Shown: positions 30,304 to 40,719, numbered from the stretch's first letter. The stretch is 64,000 bases of DNA from Candidatus Sumerlaeaceae bacterium (GCA_051003195.1 JBPCLP010000003.1:1-64000), one strand, 5' to 3'. Numbers and translations are program-made. The notes: generated by a model not told the origin, from the letters alone.

Positions 30304-30831
30304 AGGGAAACTCCTTTATTATACGGACCGGTCCAAATCGGACCAGCAGCTTCTTTTCTGCAAGGACTAAGTGTACTTACAGCGTTGGCTACAGAATGAT
30401 CAGTGGACTTATTTGCAGGCCAGTAAATACCTCCACCGGTCGCATTAGCAGCGCGACGTGTGGACCCGCACGATGGCTGTTTTCATTGTCTATATGATAA
30501 CCATGGTGCCCGGGCCAATCGTTAAGAACAAGGTGCGAACCGCAGAGCGCGTAGCGCGGCCCTTTGCTTTCTAGCCCACAACGTAGTTGTGGGAACACGT
30601 GGCTCCGCCCCCAGGTCAGAGCTGCGTAGCAGCGACGCTACCCACGCGTCACATCATGCTCATCACTCTATCATTCGTTGATCAAACTCCACACCATGCA
30701 GCTTTCATAACATCTTCATTTCCGCGCACAGCGCCGCGCTCCGCGCTCCACAGGCACTCCAGCTATTGCGGCAGTTGCAATGTGCAAATACTTCCCGTCT
30801 TTCGCATCTCTCAACAGATCATTTCAGGAGC

Positions 30832-33645
30832 ATGACCTTGTCCTCCACGCAGTCCACCAGCATACCCGCGGCCACCGGGTTAAAGTATACCGCATACGTT
30901 TGCAGCCACACCCACTGGGACCGGGAGTGGTACGGTAGCTTCCAGCAGTTTCGTTACCGATTCGTGCGCCTGCTGGACAACCTGATGGACCTGCTCGACC
31001 GCGACCCGGAGTATCGCTGCTTCAACCTCGACGGCCAGACCATTGTGCTCGAAGACTACCTGGAAATCAAACCCGGGCAGCGCGCGCGGCTGGAGAAGTT
31101 CATCCGCGACGGGCGCATCGTAATCGGGCCGTGGTACATTCTGCCGGATGAGTGGCTGGTGTCCGGCGAATCCACGATTCGGAACTTCCTGCGCGGGCGC
31201 GCCATCTGCCGTGAGTTCGGTGTCGAGCCACCCAACGTCGGCTACCTGCCCGACATGTTCGGACACATCTCACAGATTCCGCAGTTGCTCGTCGGCCTCG
31301 GTATGGACAATACAATTTTCTGGCGCGGGCTCTCCGGAGACGAGTGGAAGAGCGAATTATGGTGGGAGTCGCCCGACGGCACGCGCATCTTTGGTTACCA
31401 CATCCCGGAGTACTGCGGCTACTGCAACGCCGCGTTCTTTTACCACTCCCTGCCCAAAGAAGCCCGGACGCTGCCCGAGAACACGGGTGGCGGACACATG
31501 GTGAGCGAAGACCCGGAGTTTGCCGCTACTTCACTGCGCGCGATCTGCGACCGTGCGATCGCAAAGACGCAAACGGACGTGCTGTTTCTTATGAACGGCG
31601 TCGACCACATGGAAGCGCAGCCGCAACTGCCGGAAATCCTGGCAAAGGCGCGGCAGAAGTACCCGGACCTCAGTTTTAAACATGCCACCTTCGAAGAGTT
31701 CATGGATGCTGTCAAAGCGGCCGCGCCGAAAGACATGCAGGTGATCAAGGGCGAGCAGCGGACTACCGCGCTCGCGAAGGACAGCGGCGCGATCGTGCTG
31801 CCAAACATCTTATCGTCTCGCATCCACCTCAAAATTTCCAACACCACGTGCCAGACGCTGCTGGAACGGTGGGTCGAACCGTTTGCGACTATGTCCACGC
31901 TCATCGGCAACGCCTACCCCGAAGGCTTCATCCACCATGCGTGGCGTATGCTGCTGCGCAACCATCCGCACGATTCCATCGGCGGATGCTCCATCGACGA
32001 AGTGCACTACCAGATGGAAGCCCGCTTCAGAGAAGTGGAAGACCTGGCGACGGTCCTCACCAACGGCGCACTTTACCAGCTTACCAACGCGATCAAGACT
32101 GACGACCTCGCAGAAGACGAACTGCCGTACTTCGTCTTCAACCCGCTCAACTGGGAAGTCACCGACCTCGTCACCGTCACGATCGACATCGACGAAGACT
32201 GGCTGAAAAAACGCGGCGTCGAGATTCACCCCGATAACATCTACCGCTCCATCCGCAACCTGCGCATCCATGAGTGGGATGGAACTCCCGCCGTGTTCCA
32301 CATCACGAACATCGAGCACGTGCTCGTGCACCGGTCCTGGGTGCCCCACTTCGCGCCGCTGGCTGCTGTGGTCCGCTTCACTGTTCAGCTTGCGGCAAAA
32401 AACCTTCCGCCGGTGGGGTACAAGGGGTATCGCATTGGACGGCCAAAAAAAGAAAAGCGCCTTGCTGAACGGGATATCGCATCCTGGCCAGATACAATTT
32501 CAAACGAGCACATGACTGTGCGACTGAATGACGATGGCACTCTAATGATCGCCGGGAAGGCGGTCGGCAAAAGCGAGGTTACAGCTGGTCTGCATTATTT
32601 TGAAGACGGTGGCGACAACGGGGACGGTTATACATATTCTCCTCCTCGGCATGACAGCGTGGTAAGTTGCGCCTCGCACGTTCAAATTTCCCGATTGCCG
32701 GAGGAGGGAGGAATTCAAGCTCTCGCCGCAGATTACACTCTCTCGCTACCAGTGGCCCTCGCACACGACCGACAGCGCCGGGATATCGTGACATCGCCGC
32801 TACAAATTCGCTCTGTTTTCAGGATCGGACCCGGCTCGCGGCGTATTGATGTGGAAACAACACTTATAAACACAGTCAAAGACCACAGGCTTCGCGTCTG
32901 CTTTCAGTGTGCCCCGGGCGAGCATCCCAAGTCGCATGACGCGGAAATGCAATTCGACGTGGTAAAACGTCCAAACAGCGCGCAGCAGCCTCCCGAAGAC
33001 ATCTGGATCGAAGACGAACCACTTGAACTTGCCCAGCAGGGATTTGTATCCATGGGTAATCTCGCGATCGCGAATTTTGGCATTCCGGAGTACGAGCCAG
33101 TTGTAGATCAACGCGGTTCGACATTGAAGCTGACTCTGCTGCGCGCAGTCAACTATCTCGGCGCCGGGGGCCATGGCAACACCATGCACGGCGGGGCAGG
33201 TCCATACATCGAAACACCCGACCAGCAGCTACTCGGGCGCACGTACACCTTCCGCTATTCCATCATCCCCCACAGCGGCGACTGGAAAGCCGACGGTGTC
33301 CAGCAGCAGGCGCACCAGCACAATGCGCTCTTCCGCGGGTTCATCAGCGACCGCCACGCCGGTTTCCTCGCTCCGGAGAAACTCAGCTTCCTCCAGCTCG
33401 ACGGACGCAACATCGTGCTCTCCGCCATCAAACAAGTCGACGGCGAACCCGGCGCCTACATCGTACGCTTCTGGAACTCCGGCGATGAACAGGAAGACGC
33501 CCAGATCACCTGGCTTAAAGAACCCAAAACCATCCACCTCGCCAATCTTGCAGAAGTGCCTCAGCAGGAGCTGAACATCCGAAACGGCCGCACCACCGTC
33601 ACCATCAACCCAAAACAAATCGCCTCTGTGCTGTTCCGAGTCTAG
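30832..33645 (+). CDS. Cytoplasmic GH38 alpha-mannosidase (MngB-like)
   Basis: SHTHWDREWY, FNLDGQT, GPWYILPDEWLVSGES, GYLPDMFGH, NGVDH, HPHDSIGGCS; CAGGAG RBS. Confidence 0.95.
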   Translation: MTLSSTQSTSIPAATGLKYTAYVCSHTHWDREWYGSFQQFRYRFVRLLDNLMDLLDRDPEYRCFNLDGQTIVLEDYLEIKPGQRARLEKFIRDGRIVIGPWYILPDEWLVSGESTIRNFLRGRAICREFGVEPPNVGYLPDMFGHISQIPQLLVGLGMDNTIFWRGLSGDEWKSELWWESPDGTRIFGYHIPEYCGYCNAAFFYHSLPKEARTLPENTGGGHMVSEDPEFAATSLRAICDRAIAKTQTDVLFLMNGVDHMEAQPQLPEILAKARQKYPDLSFKHATFEEFMDAVKAAAPKDMQVIKGEQRTTALAKDSGAIVLPNILSSRIHLKISNTTCQTLLERWVEPFATMSTLIGNAYPEGFIHHAWRMLLRNHPHDSIGGCSIDEVHYQMEARFREVEDLATVLTNGALYQLTNAIKTDDLAEDELPYFVFNPLNWEVTDLVTVTIDIDEDWLKKRGVEIHPDNIYRSIRNLRIHEWDGTPAVFHITNIEHVLVHRSWVPHFAPLAAVVRFTVQLAAKNLPPVGYKGYRIGRPKKEKRLAERDIASWPDTISNEHMTVRLNDDGTLMIAGKAVGKSEVTAGLHYFEDGGDNGDGYTYSPPRHDSVVSCASHVQISRLPEEGGIQALAADYTLSLPVALAHDRQRRDIVTSPLQIRSVFRIGPGSRRIDVETTLINTVKDHRLRVCFQCAPGEHPKSHDAEMQFDVVKRPNSAQQPPEDIWIEDEPLELAQQGFVSMGNLAIANFGIPEYEPVVDQRGSTLKLTLLRAVNYLGAGGHGNTMHGGAGPYIETPDQQLLGRTYTFRYSIIPHSGDWKADGVQQQAHQHNALFRGFISDRHAGFLAPEKLSFLQLDGRNIVLSAIKQVDGEPGAYIVRFWNSGDEQEDAQITWLKEPKTIHLANLAEVPQQELNIRNGRTTVTINPKQIASVLFRV

Positions 33646-33648
33646 TTC

Positions 33649-33692
33649 TTCACCACAGAGGCACAGAGACACAGAGCTAGCACAGAGAAAAA
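33649..33692 (+). repeat. Left arm of octamer inverted repeat flanking GxxExxY
   Basis: caccacagaggcacagagacacagag-ctag-cacagagaaaaa. Confidence 0.85.
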
Positions 33693-34080
33693 TGGGAGAG
33701 AAAACATCTATGCCCAAAGATTTGCTTACAGAGAAAGTGATAGGTTGGGCATCGAAGTTCATCGCGAGCTTGGGCCTGGTCTGGTGGAGTCGGCGTACGA
33801 AAGATGCCTCTCGTAAGAACTAATTAAAGCCGGGATTCAGAACTTCATGCAGGTTAAGCTGCCGTTGGTTTACAAAGAGATTGAGCTGGAGTATGCCAAT
33901 CGAATCGACATCCTGATAGAGAATCGGTTGATCATTGAGCTAAAGACAGTAGATTTTCTTCTGCCGATCCATGAGGCGCAATTACTGAGTTACCTTAGAA
34001 TTGCTAAGATTCACACGGGGCTACTAATGAATTTCCATACGGTGCTGCTGAAAGATGGAATTAAGCGAATGGTCCTCTAA
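33692..34080 (+). pseudogene. GxxExxY protein (PD-(D/E)xK-like), inactivated
   Basis: LTEKVIG, frameshift, IEVHRELGPGLVESAYERCLS, in-frame TAA, then RIDILIENRLIIELK..HEAQLLSYL..GLLMNF. Confidence 0.9.
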
Positions 34081-34083
34081 TGC

Positions 34084-34132
34084 TTTTTCTCTGTGTCGTT
34101 TTCCTCTGTGCCTCTGTGCCTCTGTGGTTCAA
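34084..34132 (-). repeat. Right arm of octamer inverted repeat flanking GxxExxY
   Basis: tttttctctgtg-tcgttttc-ctctgtgcctctgtgcctctgtggttcaa, near reverse complement of the left arm. Confidence 0.85.
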
Positions 34133-34147
34133 AGCCGAACTACTCCC

Positions 34148-35170
34148 ATGACCACCATCCGCAGCCGCGCGCCCATTCGCATCGACTTCGCCGGAGGCTG
34201 GACCGACGTCCCGCCATTCTCCGAGCGCGAAGGCGGTGCCGTCGTCAACGCCACCATCAACCGCTATACCTATGCTACCCTCTACCCACGCACCGACGAC
34301 CGCATCCATATCCTCTCCGCCGACTTCGAAAAATACCTCGAGGTCGCCAACTTCCGCGAACTCGAATACGATGGCAACCTCGACCTCATCAAAGCCGCCG
34401 TCAAAGTACTCAACGTCGGCACGGGTATGGATATCTACGTCCGCTGCGACGCGCCCCCCGGCAGCGGCACCGGCTCATCCTCATCCATCAGCGTTGCGCT
34501 CATCGGCCTGCTCAACTATCTGCAACCTGCCAAGCTTAGCCCGCACGAGGTCGCCAAGCTCGCCCGACGCCTCGAAGTGCACGAACTCTTCATCGCCGGC
34601 GGCAAACAGGACTACTACGCCGCGGCGCTGGGAGGCGTGAACTTCCTCGAGTTCGAGGATCCCGCAGTCAGCAACTCCAGGCTGGCGCTCTCCACCAGCA
34701 CACTCCGCGATCTCGAAAAACACCTCATTCTTTGCTACACAGGACAAAGCCGCCTCTCCGGCGACATCATTAAAATGGTGATGGGTGCCTACGAACGCGG
34801 CGAATCCCGCACCACCAATGCGCTCCACAATCTCAAGCGCATCGCGTATGAAACTAAAAACGCGCTGCTTTCGGGCGACCTCCATGTGTTCGCGCGCCTT
34901 ATGGGCGAAAACTGGACAAACCAGAAGGCACTCGACGCCTCTGTCACGAATCCCACGATCGAACGCCTCTTTGAGACCGCCATCGCAGCAGGCGCGCTGG
35001 GCGGCAAGGCATGTGGCGCAGGCGGCGGCGGATGCATCCTCTTCTACTGCGATGATAACAAGGAGCACCTGGTGCGTAAAGCCCTGCTGGAGCAGGGGGC
35101 ACAGGTCATTGAGTTTAATCTTGAGAGCGAAGGGCTTCAGACCTGGGAAGCGAAAACAACCAGCTCTTAG
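34148..35170 (+). CDS. GHMP sugar kinase (HddA / fucokinase-like)
   Basis: SRAPIRIDFAGGWTD, PPGSGTGSSS, GGKQD, GGKACGAGGGG. Confidence 0.9.
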   Translation: MTTIRSRAPIRIDFAGGWTDVPPFSEREGGAVVNATINRYTYATLYPRTDDRIHILSADFEKYLEVANFRELEYDGNLDLIKAAVKVLNVGTGMDIYVRCDAPPGSGTGSSSSISVALIGLLNYLQPAKLSPHEVAKLARRLEVHELFIAGGKQDYYAAALGGVNFLEFEDPAVSNSRLALSTSTLRDLEKHLILCYTGQSRLSGDIIKMVMGAYERGESRTTNALHNLKRIAYETKNALLSGDLHVFARLMGENWTNQKALDASVTNPTIERLFETAIAAGALGGKACGAGGGGCILFYCDDNKEHLVRKALLEQGAQVIEFNLESEGLQTWEAKTTSS

Positions 35171-35314
35171 CCGGCGTCTCTTCATTAAACGCGAAGCAGC
35201 GTGCGCTACCGCTCTCACTTGACACTACATTAGCGGTACTGAGTTTAGCTCCCGAATGCAGACTGCCGTCGGGAGTGTTCTTGCCCCTGCGGCTGGAATC
35301 GGGGACTGGGACCT

Positions 35315-36286
35315 TTGGCAACCAGGCCAGGTGCCGTAACAGATATTGGCGATTTGCTCGTGCGCGAGGGGCTCCTTACCGGGCCGCAGCTCGACATGGC
35401 GGTCGCGCATCAGCGCAAGACGAACAAGCCACTCATGCGCATCCTTGTTGAACTCAATCTCGTGGAAGAAACTAAGCGGCTCAATTTCTTTAAGCGCCAG
35501 TTCGGAATCCCGGTTCTCGCACTGGAAGCCGACCGGATCGACCCGATTCTATTTACCTACATCCCGCAGGGTCTGGCGCGCCGCCACCATCTTGTCCCTG
35601 TAAAGCAGGACAAGGACGGTCTCGTGGTGGCCATGGAAGACCCCTCCGATCTTGTCGTGCTCGATGACCTTAAAGAAGTTGTCGGCATGCGAATCAAACC
35701 GGTCGTCTCGTCGAGCGAAGCAATCAGGGAGGCGCTTGCCGGCTATCCTGACGATAAGCCGAAGGAACTGGCAGTTGAACAGCCGGTAGACTTTGACCCG
35801 GCGATCCGCTTTATGCGCTTCGCGTTCATGCCCATTATGTCCATCGGCGTGCTCACCGCCATCATCCTGCTGGTCCTCTATCACAGCGGAGTTCAGGCAT
35901 GGCTGCAGAACATGCTCGGTGGCACCAGCATCAACAAAGGCTCCCAGATCTTTTCGTTATTCCTGTACTTCTTTTTAAGCTGGGGCGTCTTTACGCTGGT
36001 CGTGTACGAGGTGGTTGGTCTTGTGCTTGATGACATCGAGTGGAAGAGCGCATCCGAGTTAGGACCACCGAAATCTCGCTCAAAGGCGCTGCTTTTCAGC
36101 GCTCTGCTGGGCTGGCTTGGAGCAGACCGCCTCTACCTTGGGTATTTTCGAATTGGCATCCTGAAACTCGTAACACTTGGCCTCGTGGGTCTGTGGTGGA
36201 TCATGGATCTTGTCCTCATAGCCACGAGGAAATTGCCGGATGCTGCCGGCAGGCCGCTGGTCGGAACGACCATCGAGGGAGAATAA
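35315..36286 (+). CDS. MshEN/GspE N-terminal domain fused to TM helices and a TM2 domain
   Basis: IGDLLVREGLLTGPQL..A; ARRHHLVPV..LVVAMEDPSD; C-terminal LLGWLGADRLYLG..GILKLVTLGLVGLWWIMDL. Confidence 0.85.
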   Translation: MATRPGAVTDIGDLLVREGLLTGPQLDMAVAHQRKTNKPLMRILVELNLVEETKRLNFFKRQFGIPVLALEADRIDPILFTYIPQGLARRHHLVPVKQDKDGLVVAMEDPSDLVVLDDLKEVVGMRIKPVVSSSEAIREALAGYPDDKPKELAVEQPVDFDPAIRFMRFAFMPIMSIGVLTAIILLVLYHSGVQAWLQNMLGGTSINKGSQIFSLFLYFFLSWGVFTLVVYEVVGLVLDDIEWKSASELGPPKSRSKALLFSALLGWLGADRLYLGYFRIGILKLVTLGLVGLWWIMDLVLIATRKLPDAAGRPLVGTTIEGE

Positions 36287-36400
36287 CCTCACTCGCAGCC
36301 TTCCAATAAACCGATAGAGTACGCCCCCGGTAACGAACTGTTCTGCATGTCCCGGCAGCTACCACTCGACAATTCTCCCAGAAAAGCCGACCGTAAATAG

Positions 36401-38074
36401 ATGTACGACCTAATCGTCTATGGATGCTTCCTGTGTGCACTGATTGCCGGTTTGCTGCTGTACAGGCACCGCCCACTCTTAAAAATCCAAGATCGTATAT
36501 TCCTGTCGTTGCTGCCCCTCGGCACTCTGATACTGTTGGGACAACTGGCTGAGGCTGCATTACTGGGTTCTCTTTTAGACTGGAACGCCTCGCGACTTTA
36601 TCCCACTTTTCTATTAAGAGCTGGTTTAAGCATCTACGCAGCCCCGGGTACCGGCCCCATCCTAAGCACCATTTATGGCCCTTTAACATGGATTGCTTAT
36701 CTACCGGCTACGTTTGCGGAGCTTCCGTTTTGCCTCTATGTGGGCAGCGGTCTCAGCGTGTTGTTCTTTTTTACGCCAGCTTTCCTGGCCATATATCGAG
36801 ATGCCGTACATCACGGAGACCGTTTACTCGCTGCTGCGCTGTGCTATATCTTTTTCATGGCCGCGAAAGTAAATCCAGCACTCGCCACCAGTGCTTTCTG
36901 GATCCATGCAGATGCGCCCGCGCTGGGCTTCACGGGTATGGCGGCCGTCTTTCTTTACCTGGGGCGCGGGTCACCGTCGCACAGCCATTTGGCAGCTTCT
37001 GCATGCTGCGCGGTTCTGGCAGTCTGGACAAAACAAACAGTCGTCCCGGTAATCATCGCCTTGCCGCTCATCGCTTATTTTCAAACGGGTTTGCGAGCAT
37101 TCAGGTTCTATCTTGTCTATTTGGTGGCTGCAGGAATTCTCGTCTCAGGTGCCTTAATTGCCTGGTTCGGATGGCGCACGCTTTTCTACAACATGCTTGT
37201 AATACCTGGTGGGCATCCGTTCCGAAAGGAATCATTGGGAATAACACTGCCCTTCTTTCGCTCTGAATCGGTTTTCGAGTCCATTCGCACACTGGCGAGG
37301 TCGTTTATAGAACTTGTGCATCGATCATATTTTATCTGCTCTCTGTTTCTGCTGGTGCTTGCGTTTAAGCTCGGTGAACGGGTCCGCATCCAGCCACTCA
37401 CACTCTTCGTGCGGCAGCATCCATGGTGTTTGTTTTTGCTGGTCGGGCTCATGATGATTCCAACTGCGGTGCTCAACCGCGCAAAAATTGGCGGGAGTGT
37501 TAATGCCTACTGCCTCGTGCTGTATTTCCTCAGCCTCTCTGTAGTTTTGATGTTGGGCTGGACTGCCACCGATCCTGACGAACCGCCGTTGCTTAAGCGC
37601 GCTATTAAAGGTGCGACCTATTCCTATGTTTTCGCAAGCCTCATGTGGTTTCTGCCCCCGGCAGCGACATCGCTTTTAGATCTCAGAACTTATCACGACA
37701 GCCCGCAGGCCACAGCCTATGAATACGCCAGGAAGCATCCCGGAGAAATATATTTTCCCTGGAACCCTCTATCCACCTATCTGGCAGAAGGAAAAGCATA
37801 CCACTTCTTTTACGGCATTATCGACCGGGAACTTGCCGGCCAACGCATAAGCCAGGAACATCTTTGGGCACATTTACCGGCAAAAATGCGCTATCTTGCG
37901 TATTTAGACTCGCCCAAATCTCCAAATTTATATTTTGATAGGTATTTACCAGCGTTCTTTCATAAGAAAAAACTAGGCGCGTTGCCAGGTTGGATCGTTC
38001 TCGAACGGGACGATACCACATCGCACTCTCTGCCGACGTTCACCCTTTTTGATCAACGCGAAGAGCCGTTCTAG
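36401..38074 (+). CDS. Polytopic membrane protein, GT-C glycosyltransferase-like
   Basis: More than 10 TM segments, IYGPL, HADAPAL, AVWTKQT; lower GC. Confidence 0.65.
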   Translation: MYDLIVYGCFLCALIAGLLLYRHRPLLKIQDRIFLSLLPLGTLILLGQLAEAALLGSLLDWNASRLYPTFLLRAGLSIYAAPGTGPILSTIYGPLTWIAYLPATFAELPFCLYVGSGLSVLFFFTPAFLAIYRDAVHHGDRLLAAALCYIFFMAAKVNPALATSAFWIHADAPALGFTGMAAVFLYLGRGSPSHSHLAASACCAVLAVWTKQTVVPVIIALPLIAYFQTGLRAFRFYLVYLVAAGILVSGALIAWFGWRTLFYNMLVIPGGHPFRKESLGITLPFFRSESVFESIRTLARSFIELVHRSYFICSLFLLVLAFKLGERVRIQPLTLFVRQHPWCLFLLVGLMMIPTAVLNRAKIGGSVNAYCLVLYFLSLSVVLMLGWTATDPDEPPLLKRAIKGATYSYVFASLMWFLPPAATSLLDLRTYHDSPQATAYEYARKHPGEIYFPWNPLSTYLAEGKAYHFFYGIIDRELAGQRISQEHLWAHLPAKMRYLAYLDSPKSPNLYFDRYLPAFFHKKKLGALPGWIVLERDDTTSHSLPTFTLFDQREEPF

Positions 38075-38160
38075 TGTGCCGGAATCCATAGTTCCTTACC
38101 AGATTAAAGGGCAGACTCGGCCACGATTCGGCACACAGAACTGATTACGAACTAACGGTA
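38071..38160. mobile_element. MITE-like palindromic element, copy 2
   Basis: ctagtgtgccggaatc...gattcggcacacagaactgattacgaactaacggta; right part matches 5518-5548; CTAG overlaps the upstream stop codon. Confidence 0.65.
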
Positions 38161-38322
38161 GACTACTCCAGCAACTTCACCCGTTCCCAGCCGGTAAAGA
38201 CACAATCTATCTGCTGACTCCGCAGAAGAATCGGGCATTGTTGCGCACGCATCTGCTTGCGTCTGAACCCGGAGACGCTCTTTGTTGTCTTACATTTAAC
38301 AACACACGAACGCGAGGGGACC

Positions 38323-38763
38323 ATGAGCCTGATCAATGCTTCTCACCATCCGCCCATCACTGCCCGACCCGACAATACCGTCATGGAAGCATGTGAAACG
38401 ATGCTCGAGCACAGTGTGGGAGCGGTCGCTGTTGTCGATTCCGACGGCAAGCTGCTCGGCATTTTCACCGAGCGTGACGTCATGCGCAAAGTTGTGGCCC
38501 AGCGCCTGAATCCGGACAAGACGCCGCTGCGCGAGGTGATGACATCGCCCTGCTTCACGCTGCCGTTCGATCGCACGCCCAACGATGCCCTGAGCCTCAT
38601 GCTCGCAATGAAGATCAACCACCTGGCGCTCGTCGGTGAGAACAACCAGCTCATCGGCATGCTCTCCTACCGCACGCTGCTCTCCCAGAAAGTCGAACAC
38701 CTCAATGCCGAGGTCGATCACCTGTCAGCGTACATTGGCTCGGATGGAATCGGCGGAGACTGA
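38323..38763 (+). CDS. CBS domain protein
   Basis: VGAVAVVDSDGKLLGIFTERDVMRKV; GAGGG RBS. Confidence 0.92.
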   Translation: MSLINASHHPPITARPDNTVMEACETMLEHSVGAVAVVDSDGKLLGIFTERDVMRKVVAQRLNPDKTPLREVMTSPCFTLPFDRTPNDALSLMLAMKINHLALVGENNQLIGMLSYRTLLSQKVEHLNAEVDHLSAYIGSDGIGGD

Positions 38764-38834
38764 ACCCGGCTCTTGCGACCGGGCGATAGTTCTCGCTTGC
38801 TCTGCATGTTGCCCATCCCCAGCCTGCTCGCACT

Positions 38835-39812
38835 TTGCTTCTGATCGACTGTGATAACGTAGACGCAGGCTATGGCCGGAAGGCCGTGTTGCACAATGTG
38901 ACACTACGTTTTGAGGGAGGCGCTGCTGGCCTGCTGGGGCCCAATGGCGCCGGCAAAAGCACGCTCCTGAAAACTGTACTGGGTTTTCTGCCGCCGATCT
39001 CCGGTACCGTGCGCGCACTCGGGCACACGCTCCCGCGCGAGGCACTCGCTGTGCGCGCTCAAGTGGGCTATATGCCAGAAGTCGAAGCTTTCATTCCGGG
39101 TATGAACGCAGTGCAGTTTGTCGCTTACATGGGCGAACTGAGTGGGCTGCCCCGTGGCGCCGCTATGGAACGCTCCCACGAAGTTTTGCAGTATGTGGGT
39201 CTCGGCGAGAGCCGATATCGCAATCTTGAAACCTACAGTATGGGCATGAAACAGCGCGCGAAACTGGCACAGGCTATTGTGCACGACCCCACGCTTCTGC
39301 TTCTCGATGAACCCACAAACGGCATGGACCCTCAGGGGCGCGAGGAAATGCTCGAACTTGTCCGCGACCTGTCGCGAAACAAAGGCATGAGTGTTATCCT
39401 GTGCAGCCACTTGCTTAAAGATGTCGAATCTGTCGCCGATGAGATTATTGTCATGGGCAACGGGCGTGTTACTTCAAAGCACCTTGCCAACCGCGATTCC
39501 GTAAAGTCGAAAGCGCCCGTTTTTGCCGTGCATGTGCGGGGTGATCGCGCCGGGTTCGTCCATGCCGCGCGCGATGCCGGTGCCAAGGTGGTCGAGACAC
39601 CGGGCGAGCCAAGTTTCCTCGTCGAAGTCCCCACAGAGATACTTTCCGGCGAGGCCGGGGCACCGGGCTACGGCGATTCTGTTTCTACCACGATGCTCTA
39701 TCGCATTGCCGCTGGCGCGGGTTGTGTTGTTCAACGTATCGAGAAACGCACGGAACACCTGGAAGATCTGTTTGTGCAGGCCGTGGGGGAGTTGCATCGT
39801 GCCGATTTATGA
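38835..39812 (+). CDS. ABC transporter ATP-binding protein
   Basis: GPNGAGKS, YSMGMKQR, LLLDEPT. Confidence 0.95.
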   Translation: MLLIDCDNVDAGYGRKAVLHNVTLRFEGGAAGLLGPNGAGKSTLLKTVLGFLPPISGTVRALGHTLPREALAVRAQVGYMPEVEAFIPGMNAVQFVAYMGELSGLPRGAAMERSHEVLQYVGLGESRYRNLETYSMGMKQRAKLAQAIVHDPTLLLLDEPTNGMDPQGREEMLELVRDLSRNKGMSVILCSHLLKDVESVADEIIVMGNGRVTSKHLANRDSVKSKAPVFAVHVRGDRAGFVHAARDAGAKVVETPGEPSFLVEVPTEILSGEAGAPGYGDSVSTTMLYRIAAGAGCVVQRIEKRTEHLEDLFVQAVGELHRADL

Positions 39813-40719
39813 CCAGACTTTCAGGCGCTACGATGGGCCCCGCCGCACACGCGCGTTGTGGTGGCCGATCGCGCGGACGACGTTCCGACCCGTACTGAAA
39901 AGCAAGCTGACGTGGCTTCTTCTCCTTGGCGTGTTCGTCTACCTGGTCTTCATCAGCATTGGTTTTTTCGCCGCTTCAAAAATACAGGAGCTTGCTCCAG
40001 GCCAGGCCGAAGAGGCAGCCCGTGCCGCGCGAATGCAGAAACTGCCCATATTCGGCAAGGACATGGACCTCGGAACGGTTTTTTATTTCTTTATAACGCC
40101 GCTGTTTCCAGCGATGGGACTTCTGCTGCTCGCAACCGGCGGGGGCAGCATCAGTACCGACCTGCGCAATTCGGCACTGCCTCTCTATTTCAGCCGCCCC
40201 TTGAAACCGTGGCACTACGTCTTTGGGAAAATCCTCGGGATGGCCATCCTGCCGTTCGGCGCACTCACCGCCGGGCTGCTGATCATATTTGTCCAGTTCA
40301 TCGCCTACTTCAAAGGTGCGCCAGGTCTGCTGTCGGAGTTCCCGGTACTGCTGTCAGCACTCTTGCAGGTGGGCATTGTCAGCTTTCTGCTTTCGATCGC
40401 CATTACCGGCTTTTCCTCCACAACGAAGAATGCCCGGACAGCGGGCATCCTGTACTTCGGCTTTTTTATCGCGACCACAGCACTCGGTGAGATCCTGGTT
40501 GACGCGGCACACATGCGTGAGTTGCGCGCTATTGCACCACGCTTCGCGCTCGATACCGTCGCCCGTGTATTGTTGAAACCTGACTTTGCGCAGATACGCA
40601 GCAGTGTCGACGTGACAGGCGTGCGCTTTCAATTCGCTGCTTGTGCGCTGGTCGCCTATGCGGTTTTCTTCCTCGTGCTCCTGCGCCGCAATTTACGGGT
40701 GGTAGAGGTTGTGAAATGA
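39799..40719 (+). CDS. ABC-2 type permease
   Basis: GTG start PIYDQTFRRY; DLRNSALPLYFSRPL..YVFGK; about 6 TM. Confidence 0.9.
   Translation: MPIYDQTFRRYDGPRRTRALWWPIARTTFRPVLKSKLTWLLLLGVFVYLVFISIGFFAASKIQELAPGQAEEAARAARMQKLPIFGKDMDLGTVFYFFITPLFPAMGLLLLATGGGSISTDLRNSALPLYFSRPLKPWHYVFGKILGMAILPFGALTAGLLIIFVQFIAYFKGAPGLLSEFPVLLSALLQVGIVSFLLSIAITGFSSTTKNARTAGILYFGFFIATTALGEILVDAAHMRELRAIAPRFALDTVARVLLKPDFAQIRSSVDVTGVRFQFAACALVAYAVFFLVLLRRNLRVVEVVK

Noticed and set aside
30325..30346. ggaccggtccaaatcggacc as a GntR-type operator upstream of the pilin-like gene
   Set aside because: Short imperfect symmetry, no second copy and no regulator gene nearby
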